This document shows positions 13,600 to 28,391 of a DNA stretch of 64,000 nt, piece by piece (position 1 is the first letter of the stretch; the number at the start of each line of letters is the position of its first letter). The translations under genes and the position numbers were made by a program. The notes beneath the pieces are model-generated. The model searched no databases. It was given only the letters and a program-made list of their open reading frames with translations, and had not been told where the DNA came from. Location of the stretch: NCBI GenBank assembly GCA_964016885.1, contig OZ024743.1:278752001-278816000 (forward strand), in the 5' to 3' direction. This DNA is from Eledone cirrhosa. Lineage: Eukaryota.

Positions 13600-16090
13600 T
13601 ATTAAATATATGTTCTTGCATCTTAAATGTCTTTTTTAACATTAATACCAGAAGCTAGGAATCGTATTCTATCCTGGTGCCTATCAATTGTTTGTTTATT
13701 GGTCAACTTGTATTGTTAATACCGCAAGATTGATAATACGTTTTGCTCGTTGTTTTGAAAGGTATCATCCTTGGTGATTCGTTTGCTGTTCATACTGCTT
13801 CATAGAATGTTTCTTTTTCTTTTGTTGTTGGTGCTGCATTGATTTTCATTTTATTTTTATCGAGTACTTGATAAAATCTTTTGGAGTTGGGATATAACTG
13901 TTTGTTTAGTTCAAAGAATCTTATTCGCTTGTCATACAGATGGATTCTTTGTAATTTAATGGGGATATCTTGTTTCAGGTATGCTTTGATTTTGGATACT
14001 TCATTTTTATTTTACATTTTCTAGTGTTTTGTAATATGTTCTCTATTATGTTGCATTTGACTGTTCTGTTTTTATTTTATTTTATTTGTGTCATTTCATT
14101 GAAAATTGAGAAATCATATCTTTTCTTTTCTTTTTTTTTTCTCTATTGTTTGCTTAAATTATTTCCATATAAATGGATCTAAAGGAATTGTGACTTTTCT
14201 TTGCAATTACACACGTTACTGCATATGTTATTTTACCCAACAAGGTGACATTGGAAAGATTTTCTATTGATTATATTTCTTTAATCATTTCCACCATTTA
14301 ATTGTCATGTTCATGAATTCCATCTTTAAAACTTCTTATTCTTAAATCTTACTCACTTTCACTTTTATTTATATTTGTGTTTGTTTCCATAACATAGTTT
14401 GTTTTTGGCAGCTTTCTGTAAGTGTTCTATGAGTAGTGAGAGTTTTTGTTATTGTTATTTTGTTTGTTTTTAATTGTTAGGTGCATTTTCAGGATATGCA
14501 TTTCCTTTAATTGTTCTTGTTGCGTTAGTTATTTGTATTTTTGTTGTGTACACTTTCTTTTAAGGGTTCTATCCGGATTTCTCTTACGTTTTGGGCTTTG
14601 ATGATGAATAAGGAAAAGCGGAGGGATTTCCACTGTCTGTAGACTATGGCAAAGAAGTATTATGGTGCTAGTGTTTGAAATGTTTGAGGACTGAAATTCT
14701 CCATTCAAGATTAACCCTCATTAACTTTTCAAATACCACTCGAGGCGTTGAAAGGTGGGGGAGAGAGTGACAGAAAACAGCATGGGCCAATGAGTCCATG
14801 CTAAATATACAGCTGTAAACTAGCAGCAACAAAAACTCTGGTAGGAACTGACTATTTTGTATCAGGATGATCTGGGGTTGCGTGTATTAAGAGCCCCAAA
14901 TCATCCGATATAATATATTCCTTATTTTGAAGATTCCTTTTTCTGTTTTTTTCTGTACTGTTTGTAATATCTATTATTGCCAGTTATTAATGTGTTCTTA
15001 GTGTTATTACTAGCCCATCTTTACTCAAAATAAATCCGCCAACACTATCGTTGCTGTTTTCATATGTATTTCGCCTTTTGAAATGACTCCAAGAACACTG
15101 CCTCCTTCACTATCAATACCACCAGCACCACCAGCACCACCGCTGCTGCTGCCACAGCCGGCACATCCACCAGCACCACAACCACAACCACCACTGCTGC
15201 TGCTGCTGCAACAAATATAACAAAATTTTCAGTAACGCAAGACAGCAACAGTAACATGAACAACATTTTGACATTTCGAACAAGGAGACCTGTTTGGTAC
15301 TTGAGTTTCGTCTTGAACGTTGCTTTTTCCTATATTTATCCTCATGTATTTTCATTATTTGATTTTTTTTCTGTATTTGTTTGTTCTTTCTAGTGCTCTA
15401 TTTACATGCTTGATATACTTTTTTATAGCTTGTTGGAGTCGAGCTTTAAAGTAGTGTGGGTCGTTGGTTTTTTGCCAGATTTTATGTGTGTTGTATTTTC
15501 ATATTCAGGGTATAATGTTGAAACAAAATATGTGCATAAAATCGAAGCATATCCCTCAAGTGTCCATTTGTGTCTTTTTGATTTTATTAGTGGCTCATGA
15601 GTGGTAAGGTCCGGCCCATCATTCAGAATGTTATCATGTTTGTTGTGTATCGGCCTTTGTACTTCTAAATATGTACGTTTTTTGCGTGCATCGGTTTATG
15701 TACAATTTTTCCTTAAGTCCAAAGAACGAACATCCATACATCTATGTGATTCTTTTGTATACAAGTTTCACTATTTTTATAATATTGTAATACAATCGAT
15801 AAATTCTGATTCTTGTATGCATCGGTATTCCTTGTTTAATTTCCTTCGTTTCTTCTTTTTTTTTTTTTGTAAACCCCCTCTGTTGTGTTGTAGCTGTTCA
15901 ACATGCATATTTCAGACATGTTTCCAGTGTCAACAAAGAGATTTATACGATGGGGACAATCCATACATAAAATATATTTTTGGTAGGGTTTCTTGGTTCT
16001 TGCCTAACATATTCTTCCTTTTCTTGTTTCGTCGATGGTATGCAATTTCCTTTAAATCTTGCTGGGAACTTTGTGATAGGCATTTCTGAT
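13600..16090 (-). mobile_element. Possible highly degraded LINE-like remnant(s)
   Basis: Long T-rich plus / A-rich minus compositional skew. No diagnostic motif recognised. Confidence 0.25.
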
Positions 16091-16116
16091 GTTATTCAAC
16101 TCGATATTATTATTAT

Positions 16117-16315
16117 GTGGAAGTATCGGAAGAGTGTCGGACAACGTGCTACGTCCTATTTCGTTCTGAGTTCAAATCCCGGAGAGGTAAGCTTTGCCTT
16201 TCATCCTTACGGGGTCGATAGAATAAGGTACTCGTAATGCACTGGAATCGATTTAGTCGACTTTCCCCTCCCCCAAAATTGTTGGCTCTGTGTCTAAAGT
16301 AGAAACAATTATTAT
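16117..16315 (+). mobile_element. tRNA-derived SINE
   Basis: ctgagttcaaatccc..ctttgcctttcatccttacggggtcgata..aaagtagaaacaattatt. Confidence 0.85.
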
Positions 16316-17642
16316 GATTAATTTCTGATTTGCACTATTTACCGTCGCTTTGTGAATTATTCTCATTTTCAAAAATTTCTTACGACTGATTTAAAACAAA
16401 TATACATATATTCAAATATATTTATAACAAGATCAGAACGTCTGCAGCCCGTCTGAGCAAGGAGCTTTGCAGGAATCGATTTGCAGCCCCTATACCACCT
16501 CGCCGCTCCTCACCTTCTCCATTCTTCTGTGACCATAGAGCCTTTGCATTTTGCTTCCTTTTCCGTTTTCATAACCACAAAAGACAATTTTTTTACAATA
16601 AAATGTTGTTGTTTTAAAAATTATTATTCATCTGATTAGTCGAAAACAACTTCATACTAAGTGATAACAATGTTGACGTTTTAACATAAACACAGTGTTA
16701 AATTTACAGAGTAAAATTTGTGTCACCATAAAATAGTGTTCATATTTCTGGCAAGTTTTTTCCAGCGTAAATCAAGCTACAAGCTTGTCGGCAACGCAAA
16801 CAGACGGTGAACATTTCATAGCTGTGACAGAGTTGTCATATGCGTCTACCTTAAAAATGCCATCACTTTTGTATATTCGGGGAGATGATGTAGAGTTACC
16901 TAGACGGATGCATTCTTCGATGATGTGTCATCGGTGTCGAGATTAAGCAAAAGACAAATACCGAGTTACAATTACACGAAGTGTTATTAGTTTCAAGTTT
17001 GTTTGAAGAAGAAAAATAGTGTTTCCACGTATCACGCGTTAGTCCTTTGTTAGAAGATTTACAGTTAAAAGATAGTAAAGGCTGGAAGGTGGATGTAAAG
17101 CGAAATAGAGTATGTGGTAAAAAGGAAAACGTGTTCATCAAGATGAGTGAGATAGGGGGTAAGTAATCGAGAGTGTGGGGTGGTGGAGCGTCATGATACA
17201 TCACAAGTCCTGATATGTGTTTGCGGATGAGGTGTATTTTGTGAGAGTAGGTTTTGTTTTGTATTGTGTGTGTATGTGCATGTGTTTGTGTGTTTATTTG
17301 ATGTATGTGTGTACGCGCGAGTGTCGGTCTGGATAAGTGTATAAGTGTGTGAGTCCTGTAATCCCAACAGAGGGACGAAGTTAGTAAAGAGCACCAGTAT
17401 ATATTGCGAAGAGAAAAAACTTTTTTGTGTGATCCTGGAGAGTGAAATGATCGTTTCCTAACATATATCCGTTTCGAATTAACGATCAGGCGAATGACTA
17501 CAATAAAATAGTGGGGATCAATAGTTTTCTTAAAGTCCAGTCAGAGGCCCGTTACTCTAGAGTTTCCCTTCCCCTGTATGTTTAAAGAAGTATCATACCC
17601 TTCAAGAAAATATATCAAGATAAACAGGATAAGCGCCTCAAT

Positions 17643-17704
<62 letters not shown>

Positions 17705-18337
17705 TGTATATATATACTGCATATATATATATATATACTGTATATATATATATAATATATATATATATAATATATATATGTATATATATATAGTTAGATA
17801 TAAATGCATAGATTTATACCCAGATACATACGCACATATACGTGTGTATATCCATGTTTGTAAATATTGTTGTACAAGATATCTAATTCTGTTATTTCTC
17901 CAAGAATTCTGAAGCATAAAAACAATATAGGCAAATATTTCAACAAAAACCTATTCCAAATCTCTTCTTTATATATTTTTTCCATCTTGGAACAGTGGTT
18001 ATTTGTAGCTCCAAGTCTTTACTTTGGTTGTTTATCAAATTCTGGCTCAACTTAGCACATATGTATATTTTTTTATATGGAGGGTTCTATATTTTTGGTG
18101 CTTATGTGTTGATTTTGGTTTTCCACTTTTATATATATTTATTTTTGTTTTTGTTTTATATTTGAGGTGAGTGTTTGCTGCAGTGTGAATATCAAGATTC
18201 GAGATAGGCAAACAAGCTAACCCAAACAGTCCAAATTACCTGGCTGTCTCTCTTTCTTTTTCTCTCTATCCGTTTATCTATCTATTCATCCCCCCTCTCT
18301 CTCTCTCACTCACTCTCTCTCTCTCTCTCACTCACTC

Positions 18338-18384
<47 letters not shown>

Positions 18385-18805
18385 TACTCTCTCGCTCTCT
18401 CTCTCTCTTTCTCTCCCGCTCTCTCTCTCTCTTTCTCTCCCACCCTCTTTCTCTCTCTATATATATATAGAGAGAGATCTATGCTTACATACATATAATC
18501 GATCAATCTCTCCACTTTTCTCCATATAACTTTCCTTCCCATATTTTATTAACACTCAAACACACACATACACGCTCGTGCACACATACATATGCACCCA
18601 ACTATATATATAAGTATATATTGAATATATATATATATATATATTATAAAAAAAGAGAGATGGTTTATGTATGCCAACTCTGTTTATTATATAATCCTGT
18701 TATGAACATTTCGAAGACACCAAGGAAGTTTGCGCAACAATCATTTGATGATTTGATATTTTATCAGTTATTAAGTTTTAATATCGTTACACCCCACCCC
18801 CCACC

Positions 18806-18839
<34 letters not shown>

Positions 18840-19154
18840 CTGCCGGAAAGAATTTGGGGAAAGTGTGTCTCTCTATTGACGATGAAAAAAGTGTCCCTAC
18901 TCTAAATATATTGTAGATAATTTAGTCAATTGTTCAACCGATTGAATTACAGATACAAAGGGATGTCGTATAAGTATAAATATTCTTGTTGAATGCAGAT
19001 ATATAGTTATTTATCAAGATTGCACTCGTCGTCGAACAACGTTTAAATTATTATCACTCCAATATGTATTTAATTTCTTTATGCAAGTCACTTGATATAT
19101 TCAATTCATATAAAAATAAACCGTGATATTTCCATATTTTCAGTATCATACGTA

Positions 19155-19363
19155 TCAAACAATCGAAAGCAATATGGCTGATATTGGCAGTATCGGTAGA
19201 GGGTCGGACGCCATGCTTTCCAGCATAGTTATGTCCCTTTACGGTCTGAGTTCAAATCCTGCCGAGGTTAACTTTGCCTTTCATCCTTATGGGATCGATA
19301 AAATAAAGTACCAGTAATGTACTGAGTAATTGATGGCCTTGTGCCAAAAGTGGAAACAATTAT
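19155..19363 (+). mobile_element. tRNA-derived SINE
   Basis: Close match to 7862-8053. Confidence 0.85.
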
Positions 19364-21181
19364 TAAGTATTTTGTAATTGTATAACCACGGCGGAATGTA
19401 TGAAATGTTCACCATGTAGGAGTTAATCTATCTTATGCAGTTGGATTTTTGGAAATTCCCTATTAAATCCCACACAAATATCTAGAATCGTACACCAATT
19501 CTAATGTTTTAAAAATTTGTAAAAGGTTATGTAATAAAATGCTACACTTGTCCGAGAAAACATAAAGCTCCCACCTCTTAACATTAATGTAGCAAATAAC
19601 GTTTTCAAAAACTGATCAATCGATTTTTTTGTGAATATTATCATCTATAAAGATCAAGCGTACAAATTCATGTATTTTTAATATTTTATTATTTTGTATC
19701 GTTTGCATAGCGATATAAATTGCCGATGAAATATCTAACAACTTCTTCTGTAACAGCAACAGATAGCTGTATAATTTGCATGCGAGTGTTGTAGCTGCTG
19801 ATATTGAAAAAGTCCTTATCACAACAGTGATTTGTTTCCCAATATTGTCACCCTCTAAGACTATGTTAGGGAACACACGCCACAAATGATAGCGTACACA
19901 TTGACCTGGCATATAAATTCACTCAATATTTAAGCTAAAAATCCTGGATTATCTATTCTTAAGTTACAAGTCTGGGCCTTTTGTGGTAAACGCCCTTTGT
20001 TTATTTTTGCCTATAGGTTGTTCTCTTTTTTGTAGAGATAATTTTCAGTTTTAAAATGTTGACATGTACACCGAAGTGTATGATTTTTCTCCCTGAATCC
20101 CAGTTTTGTGGAGATATACTATATACTGTAGTATTCATCAGAATTATTAAGTACCTGGTAGTTTTCGAGTGGCAATAGCTTCGAAATATTCGGCTGTTGT
20201 ATACTCATTACATAATTTATAATCTAATTTGCAAACGTGGTTTTAGTTTCTATTTAGTGTAAGCCGCAATGCTCCTGCTGTTTCTAATATTGTCAATCCC
20301 ATGAAAATGTACAGATTGCATGTATGTAGTGAATTAGCTAAGAGATATGGAAAACTACGCTGATTTGCATTTCGTCTCCGTGTGTTAGCTCTGCTTCATC
20401 TTCCGAATGCTAGGAACATAACGTACTGCAGACACCCGGAAAGAGATTTGGAAGGAAGAAAACTAAATTAAAAAAAAAATAAATAAAATACAAAAAAAAA
20501 TATATGAACACAATAAAACAAGTTCTTTATAAGAATTGATAATTAATTAAGGTTTATTGTTCAATAAGGGAGGAGAAAGAAACCTCTGGATATTTTGCAT
20601 GGGTAGTTCAGGTAAAATCCCCATAAGATATGCTAGCCTATTCCAAAAACGCACGTACAAGGAAGTGGGCCATAGAAATGGACAGAAAATGCAATCTGTG
20701 CACACGCACATGAAAACAGATCTTAGGGTACACACTCATACACATATATATATATAAATACCATCTGTTTGAAATGTGGTTTACCACACATACACACACA
20801 CACACACACACATACACACATATATATATATATGGTATGTGTTAAGTATTTCCGTAGAAATCGAAGTGGAAAGAGCTATTTAATTACATAATAAATAACA
20901 CAATATAATTATTCCATTACCAAATGTTTCAAGAAACTAGACGATTCATACAGAAATGTCCAGTCCGTTCGTCAGATAAAATAACATCTTATGACTGAAA
21001 AAAATATATATAGACACATACAAATATACACACACACATAAAACCACATGTGCGCATATATACGCACAACCATATTCACTCTTACATATATATATAAGCA
21101 TATCATATGTATGTGTGACTGTATGCATGTGTCTACATACCCTTATCCCGCCGGGAGACAAGATAGTCATCGCAAATATGA

Positions 21182-21465
<284 letters not shown>

Positions 21466-21480
21466 CATATATATATTTAT

Positions 21481-22140
21481 ATATTATTCATTATAATAAA
21501 GTGAGATAAATACAGATATATACACATCTTTGTTCAAATTATAAGGGACCAGATTTGCTAGGGTAACTATATACAAAACGGTCTGCCAGATTAAAAAAAA
21601 TAATAAAAAAATTAAGAAAAAAACATACCGATTGTGATAATTACCAAACATCCGGACAGTCTTAGATAAACTGTTTCGCATCAAGTGAACGCAGTATACG
21701 TTTTTCGCGAGACACGCTGGGCTCTGAATGCCACCTGCGTTATTCTAAATGCTCGTTTCATTTAGTCTTTTAAGAAACCTAGAATGTGAAGCGTCTACTA
21801 ATTCTTTACATCCACTGAAGAGCAGAAGAATTGGTAATTCCCTTCACTCGATGAGAAACAGTTTACCAAATACTGTCTAGATGTTCGATAGTTATCACGA
21901 TCGGTTTGTTTTTTTCTTAATATTTTCTTTTAATTTCTGGCACACCGTTTTGTTTATAGTTAGTATACTGTTCACCCTAGCGAATCTGGTCCCTTATAAT
22001 CTGAACACAGATGTGTATATATCTATGTTTATCTCTCTTTATTGTATTGAATTATATTACACGGCCCGGAACATTTTTTCCTTGAGCTATTTTTAATTGT
22101 AAGGGACCTTAATGACTTTCTAACTCAATATATACTTTGA
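21481..22140. mobile_element. Inverted-repeat insert (arms ~21481-21690 / ~21843-22058) with hammerhead-like core at 21815-21865
   Basis: ORF-track entries 21484-21684(-) and 21881-22096(+) translate to similar peptides, confirming the IR. CTGAAGA-gca...GAAAcag precedes and overlaps the right arm. Confidence 0.7.
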
Positions 22141-22146
22141 AATATA

Positions 22147-22232
<86 letters not shown>

Positions 22233-22485
22233 CTGTTATGTGTTTGTATGCGCGCTTTTTTCATGAAGAGGGACAAGGAAAGATAGAATGAATGCGAATT
22301 AAAAATAAAATACTGTGTAAAAGAGTATAGACTGTTAGAAAGAAAATGTGAGTGAAATAAATAAACAAATAAACAACCAAATAAATAAATAAAGAAAAAT
22401 GAAAGAAAAAATAATAAAGCTGAACACAAAATGAAAGTCAGATAAAAACTATTGGAACTGAAAAATATGCCTACCTACCTTCCAA

Positions 22486-23093
22486 CATGGTGGCTGCCAA
22501 CTCGTTTTCGAGTACGGCCACTACTTTATATCTATGTAGAACCCCTACCGATGCACTGAACGAGTGTGACTTTTTAGTCCAGCCAGCGACTTGAAAACTC
22601 TGGTACAAACACTACACTTGTGACAATTATTGACACAGTGCTGGGCCCATGGTGCCATGTGATGACAAGTGCAGAGAGATCTCCAGATATAAAGCAATGC
22701 CTGTGCCGTGAAGCTTTTATAGTGAGCAAAGGCACTGCACAAAGCCAGTCCCACTCTCTTAACCAAGATGATATTTACCAAAAAGAAGAACAAGTCAACA
22801 TCATTGGATACCATCAGGGTTGCAGGTGTTATATCAGAGTTTTCCTTCTCCTAGAATTCTGCCTTGACAAAGGCTAAGGGGTCACCTCTCCCGGTGATTT
22901 TGGATGGCCATTGACTCTTAAGAGCTCCTTTGCCCTTTGACAGGTTTTGTTTTTAGTCCTGCAGGATGTCCAAAGTCACCCTCCTCACCAAGAAACCTTG
23001 GTGGGGTTGCCAGTTTAGTCGCCAACGACCCGACCATGGGACAGGTTGTACTGGAATACATGTTACCTGTAGCACCAACTGGTGACCTGACAT
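22486..23093 (-). mobile_element. Bipartite RTE-derived retroposon, copy 2
   Basis: Near-identical to 421-1031; encodes CSVCTRVFKSLAGLKSHTRSVH (C2H2 finger). Confidence 0.85.
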
Positions 23094-23105
23094 AATACAT
23101 ACGTA

Positions 23106-23194
<89 letters not shown>

Positions 23195-23198
<4 letters not shown>

Positions 23199-23571
23199 AT
23201 ACATTATATACAAATTCAACAAATATAAATGTTTATAACTGATTTAGAGCACTCAACAAGTTTTCTGGAGTATAATATACAATGATATTAAATAAATGGA
23301 AACTATATTTATAAAACCATATTTATTCTATTATATATATTTCAAGGGTACCAAAAGTTTGGAACGCTATCATCAGATGAAATACAAAATGTTATAGGGA
23401 TAACTTGAACCGTTAAGGTATATTATCCTTGGTTATGTCAAATATTTATAAAACATTTTGTATTTTATCTGATGATAGCGTTCCAAAATGTTGGTACCCT
23501 TGAAATATATATAATAGAATAAATATGGCTTTATAAATATAGTTTCCATTTATTTAATATCATCGTATATT
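23195..23571. mobile_element. Fold-back pLTR-like insert; arms ~23274-23393 / ~23452-23571
   Basis: ~120-bp inverted arms with a ~58-bp spacer and a hammerhead motif in each arm. Confidence 0.85.
23461..23521 (+). ncRNA. Minimal type I hammerhead ribozyme (mirror copy ~23325-23385 on minus)
   Basis: tattttat-CTGATGA-T-agcgttccaa(aatg)ttggtaccct-T-GAAA-tatata-TA-atagaata. 8-bp stem I with one G.U pair. Confidence 0.75.
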
Positions 23572-23899
23572 TTTATGTATATATGTACGAATATACATAC
23601 ATATATATACATAAAAATCGATTATTTTTTGTAGTGGTTATCAATACTTTCTTTCAGAATTGTATCGCACATGCATCTATGTGTTTGTATGTATGTGTGC
23701 ATGTGTATATATATGTGTATGTAGGCGTGTGGGAATGTTTATAAATGCATGTATATAGCTTATATATACATTGACCGGCAGTCTATAAACAGGCAAGAAT
23801 TCTATGTATGTGTATCATATTATCTGCTAATATTTGCATTTGTAATTGCAGACGACATTGTCTATATGGGTTTATATTGGTGTCTTAGTGTGTCCAAGA

Positions 23900-24245
23900 T
23901 TTTGTATGTGAGTGAACGTGTGTGAATTTGTGTATGTGAGTGAGCGTGTGTGAATTTGTGTATGTGAGGAGAGTGTGTGAATTTGTGTGCGTGAGTGAGC
24001 GTGTGTGAATTTGTGTACGTGAGTGAGCGTGTGTGAATTTGTGTGCGTGAGTGAGAGTGTGTGAATTTGTGTATGTGAGTGAGCGTGTGTGAATTTGTGT
24101 ATGTGAGTGAGCGTGAGCGAATTTGTGTATGTGGGTGAGCGTGTGTGAATTTGTGTATGTGAGTGAGAGTGTGTGAATTTGTGTATGTGTGTGAGAGTGT
24201 GTGAATTTGTGTATGTGGGTGAGCGTGTGTGAATTTGTGTATGTG
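23900..24245. repeat. 28-bp minisatellite (gtgtgtgaatttgtgtatgtgagtgagc), about 12 copies
   Basis: Directly visible. Confidence 0.92.
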
Positions 24246-24344
24246 TGTTTGTTGCTATTGACGTGAAATGAAATGAATAGCCACACACAGAGCAACCATT
24301 AAGAGAAACCACGATTATCACCATTTGATATTGTAACGTCAATC

Positions 24345-24623
24345 TCATGATCATCATCAGCCTCGTCATCATCACCAACAACACAACCACCATGGGCGCC
24401 GCCACCACCACACCATCAACGCCACCACCAACGCTAGCCCCACCACCTCAATTCTCCACCATCATGATTTATCATCATAATCATCAGCCTCAGTATTATC
24501 CTCCTCCTCCTCCTCCTCCTCCTCCTCCTCCTCCTCCTCCTCCTCCTCCTCCTCCCCTTCATCCTCCACCTCTCCTCCGCCTCCTCCTCCGCCTCCTCCT
24601 CCTACTCTTCCTACTCCTCCTTC

Positions 24624-24655
<32 letters not shown>

Positions 24656-24713
24656 TTCATCACCCTCATCGTAACCATCACCTCCAGTATGATTCTGTTC
24701 ATTATCCTTTTCA

Positions 24714-24790
<77 letters not shown>

Positions 24791-25775
24791 GTCACCGCCA
24801 TCATCATCATCATCATCATCATTATTGTCATCATTATCATTATTTTATTTAACTAGCTACAATATTGTAACAATACCGCCATTAAATTGAAGACTCACAA
24901 CTAACACCAACGCCATTTCTAGAATATTCACTACAACCAGCATCACCGCCACTACCGACACCGCCATCGCTATATTGTGTGTACATGTCACCGATGACAG
25001 AGACAACGGTAACCCGTCACTAACATCACCACTCCAACAATACTAACACCACCCAAACTATGCCTAACACTAAAACTACCATCATTATTAGCCACACCTC
25101 CACCACCACCACTAAGAACAACACCGTCACCACAATCGTACTACCTCCATTTCGACGACGACGACCTCGTCCACCACCACCACCACCACCACCACTACCA
25201 ATACCACCACCAACGCACTATCTCCATATCGACGACGACCTTCGCCCCCCCCCCCCTCCACACCACCAACAACAACTATAACACTACCACCAACACCACC
25301 ACCACCACCACCACCACCAACAACAACAACATTACCACCACCACTACCACCACCACCATCACTATCACTAACTCACCCCACACCCCTACCACTATCTCCA
25401 TCCCCCATCACCACCACCACACTATCACTAACCACCTTCCACCACCACCACTACCATTAACCCCTCCCTCTCCCCCACCACCACCATCTCCACTACCACC
25501 AACACTACCAACACCACCACTACAACTACAATCACCACCACCACCACCATCACCCCCACAACCCCACTCCACCCCTACCATCGTCACCCCGCCCCTCCCA
25601 CCATCACCCCGCCCCTCCCACCATCACCCCCCCACCATTACTTTATCATAGCTCCAATACCATTACTGATTTGTGGAATTACAAAACAATGACAACAACA
25701 ATTACTATGGTTATTGATAACAAAAGTCACCACAACAACATCAACAACAACAATATCAACAACGACAACAATAAG
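24345..25775. repeat. Compound trinucleotide / low-complexity tract (CAT, CCT, CGT, CAC, CAA)
   Basis: Directly visible. Confidence 0.92.
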
Positions 25776-26011
25776 TAAACACAGAAACAAAAACCGAAAT
25801 CGATTATCTATATGAAATCGATACTATAAACAACACTAACGTGGTGACGTTGGCTTCGATATGTATGTATGTATGTATGTTCTTCTGGTTTAATAATTTC
25901 ATTAAGTTTTACCAATAGAGAGAGAGTCGGTTTCTAACATAGATACAAGACTCTCTCATTGGAATTTACACAACATGTATATATGTATGTATGTATGTAT
26001 GTATATATATT

Positions 26012-26627
26012 ATGTCAGGTCACCAGTTGGTGCTACTGGTAACATGTATTCCAGTACAACCTATCCCATGGTTGGGTCGTTGGCGACTAAACTGGCAACC
26101 CCACCAAGGTTTCTTGGTGAGGAGGGTGACTTTGGACATCCTGCAGGACTAAACACAAAACCTGTCAAAAGGGCAAAGGAGCTCTTATGAGTCAATGGCC
26201 ATCCAAAATCACTGGGGAGATGACCCCTTAGCCTTTGTCAAGGCAGAATTCTAGGAGAAGGAAAACTCTGATATAACACCTGCAACTCTGATGGTATCCA
26301 ATGATGTTGACTTGTTCTTCTTTTTGGTAAATATCATCTTGGTTAACAGAGTAGGACTGGTTTTGTGCAGTGCCTTTGCTCACTATATAAGCTTCACGGC
26401 ACAGGCATTGCTTTATATCTGAAGATCTCTCTGCACTTGTCGTCACATGGTACCATGGGCCCAGCACTATGTGTCAATAATTGTCACAAGTGTAGTGTTT
26501 GTACCAGAGTTTTCATGTCGCAGGCTGGACTAAAAAGTCACACTCGTTCAGCGCATCGGTAGGGCTTCTCCTATATGGATATAAAGTAGTGGCCGTACTC
26601 GAAAACTAGATGGCAGCCACCACCATG
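26012..26627 (+). mobile_element. Bipartite RTE-derived retroposon, copy 3
   Basis: Reverse complement of copies 1 and 2; (TATG)n on both sides. Confidence 0.85.
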
Positions 26628-26903
26628 TATGTATGTATGTATGTTTGTATGTTTATATGTATGTATATATGTTAGTATGTTTGTATGTATGTATGTGTGT
26701 ATGTATTTATGTATGTATGTATGTATGTGTATATGTATGCTTATGTGTGTATGTGTATATATATATATATATATTGAGTGCAATGTATGTTCTAGTGTAA
26801 ATGTAGGTATATTTATCTACATAAGCCTTTCTGTACAAATACATTCCTACATACATGCAAGTATATGTGTGTATCTATCTACCTACTTATATATATATAT
26901 ATG

Positions 26904-26964
<61 letters not shown>

Positions 26965-26966
26965 AT

Positions 26967-27039
<73 letters not shown>

Positions 27040-27051
27040 TATATATTATAT

Positions 27052-27853
<802 letters not shown>

Positions 27854-28097
27854 TTATATATGTATGTATATATATATATATAAATATATCGTTTCTGAAT
27901 TTGTTTAGCAAGATTCTTTATCTGAAAACGTGTGTTGAAACCGATATTGTTATACTTTGGGAGGGTTATGTTGACAATAAGAAACACACGCACCAGATGC
28001 TTTCACTTCAATTTATTATAATAAATTTATAAATTTAGGAATTTATAAATTTCCGGTTGGTTGGTTGGTTCCACAACCAGATGATTATTTATATATT

Positions 28098-28140
28098 GTC
28101 AAAGTTCTTTCGTCACATATTGTGTGACCTCTTCAGTGAC
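28098..28140 (-). ncRNA. Minimal type I hammerhead ribozyme
   Basis: gtca-CTGAAGA-G-gtcaca(caata)tgtgac-GAAA-gaac-TT-tgac. Perfect 4-bp stem I and 6-bp stem II; lies in the ~27885-28372 insert between (TA)n tracts. Confidence 0.75.
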
Positions 28141-28391
28141 TGGGATTCTTTTCTTTGTTTTTGTGCCTCTCCTTTGTTCTGTCCTACGCCATCTTGTTTT
28201 TGTGTGTGTTGTGTGCTTAGTTTGCGCATGTGTTACATCCGGGTGTCTGTGGGTGTTTATATTTGTTTATTTATTTGTTTATTTACATGTTACTGGTTGC
28301 TTGTTTGTTCTATGTGTCTGTGTGTTTTCATTTTGTTCCTAATTGTAAGTTGTGGTGTTGATGTTCCGTGCATAAATATATATATATATAT

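Noticed and set aside
19616-19912. 98-aa minus-strand ORF
   Set aside because: No recognisable domain; length is compatible with chance.
22545-22640. Host C2H2 zinc-finger gene exon
   Set aside because: Lies within a dispersed repeat present three times, is frameshifted in copy 1, and matches the RTE ORF C-terminal finger pattern.
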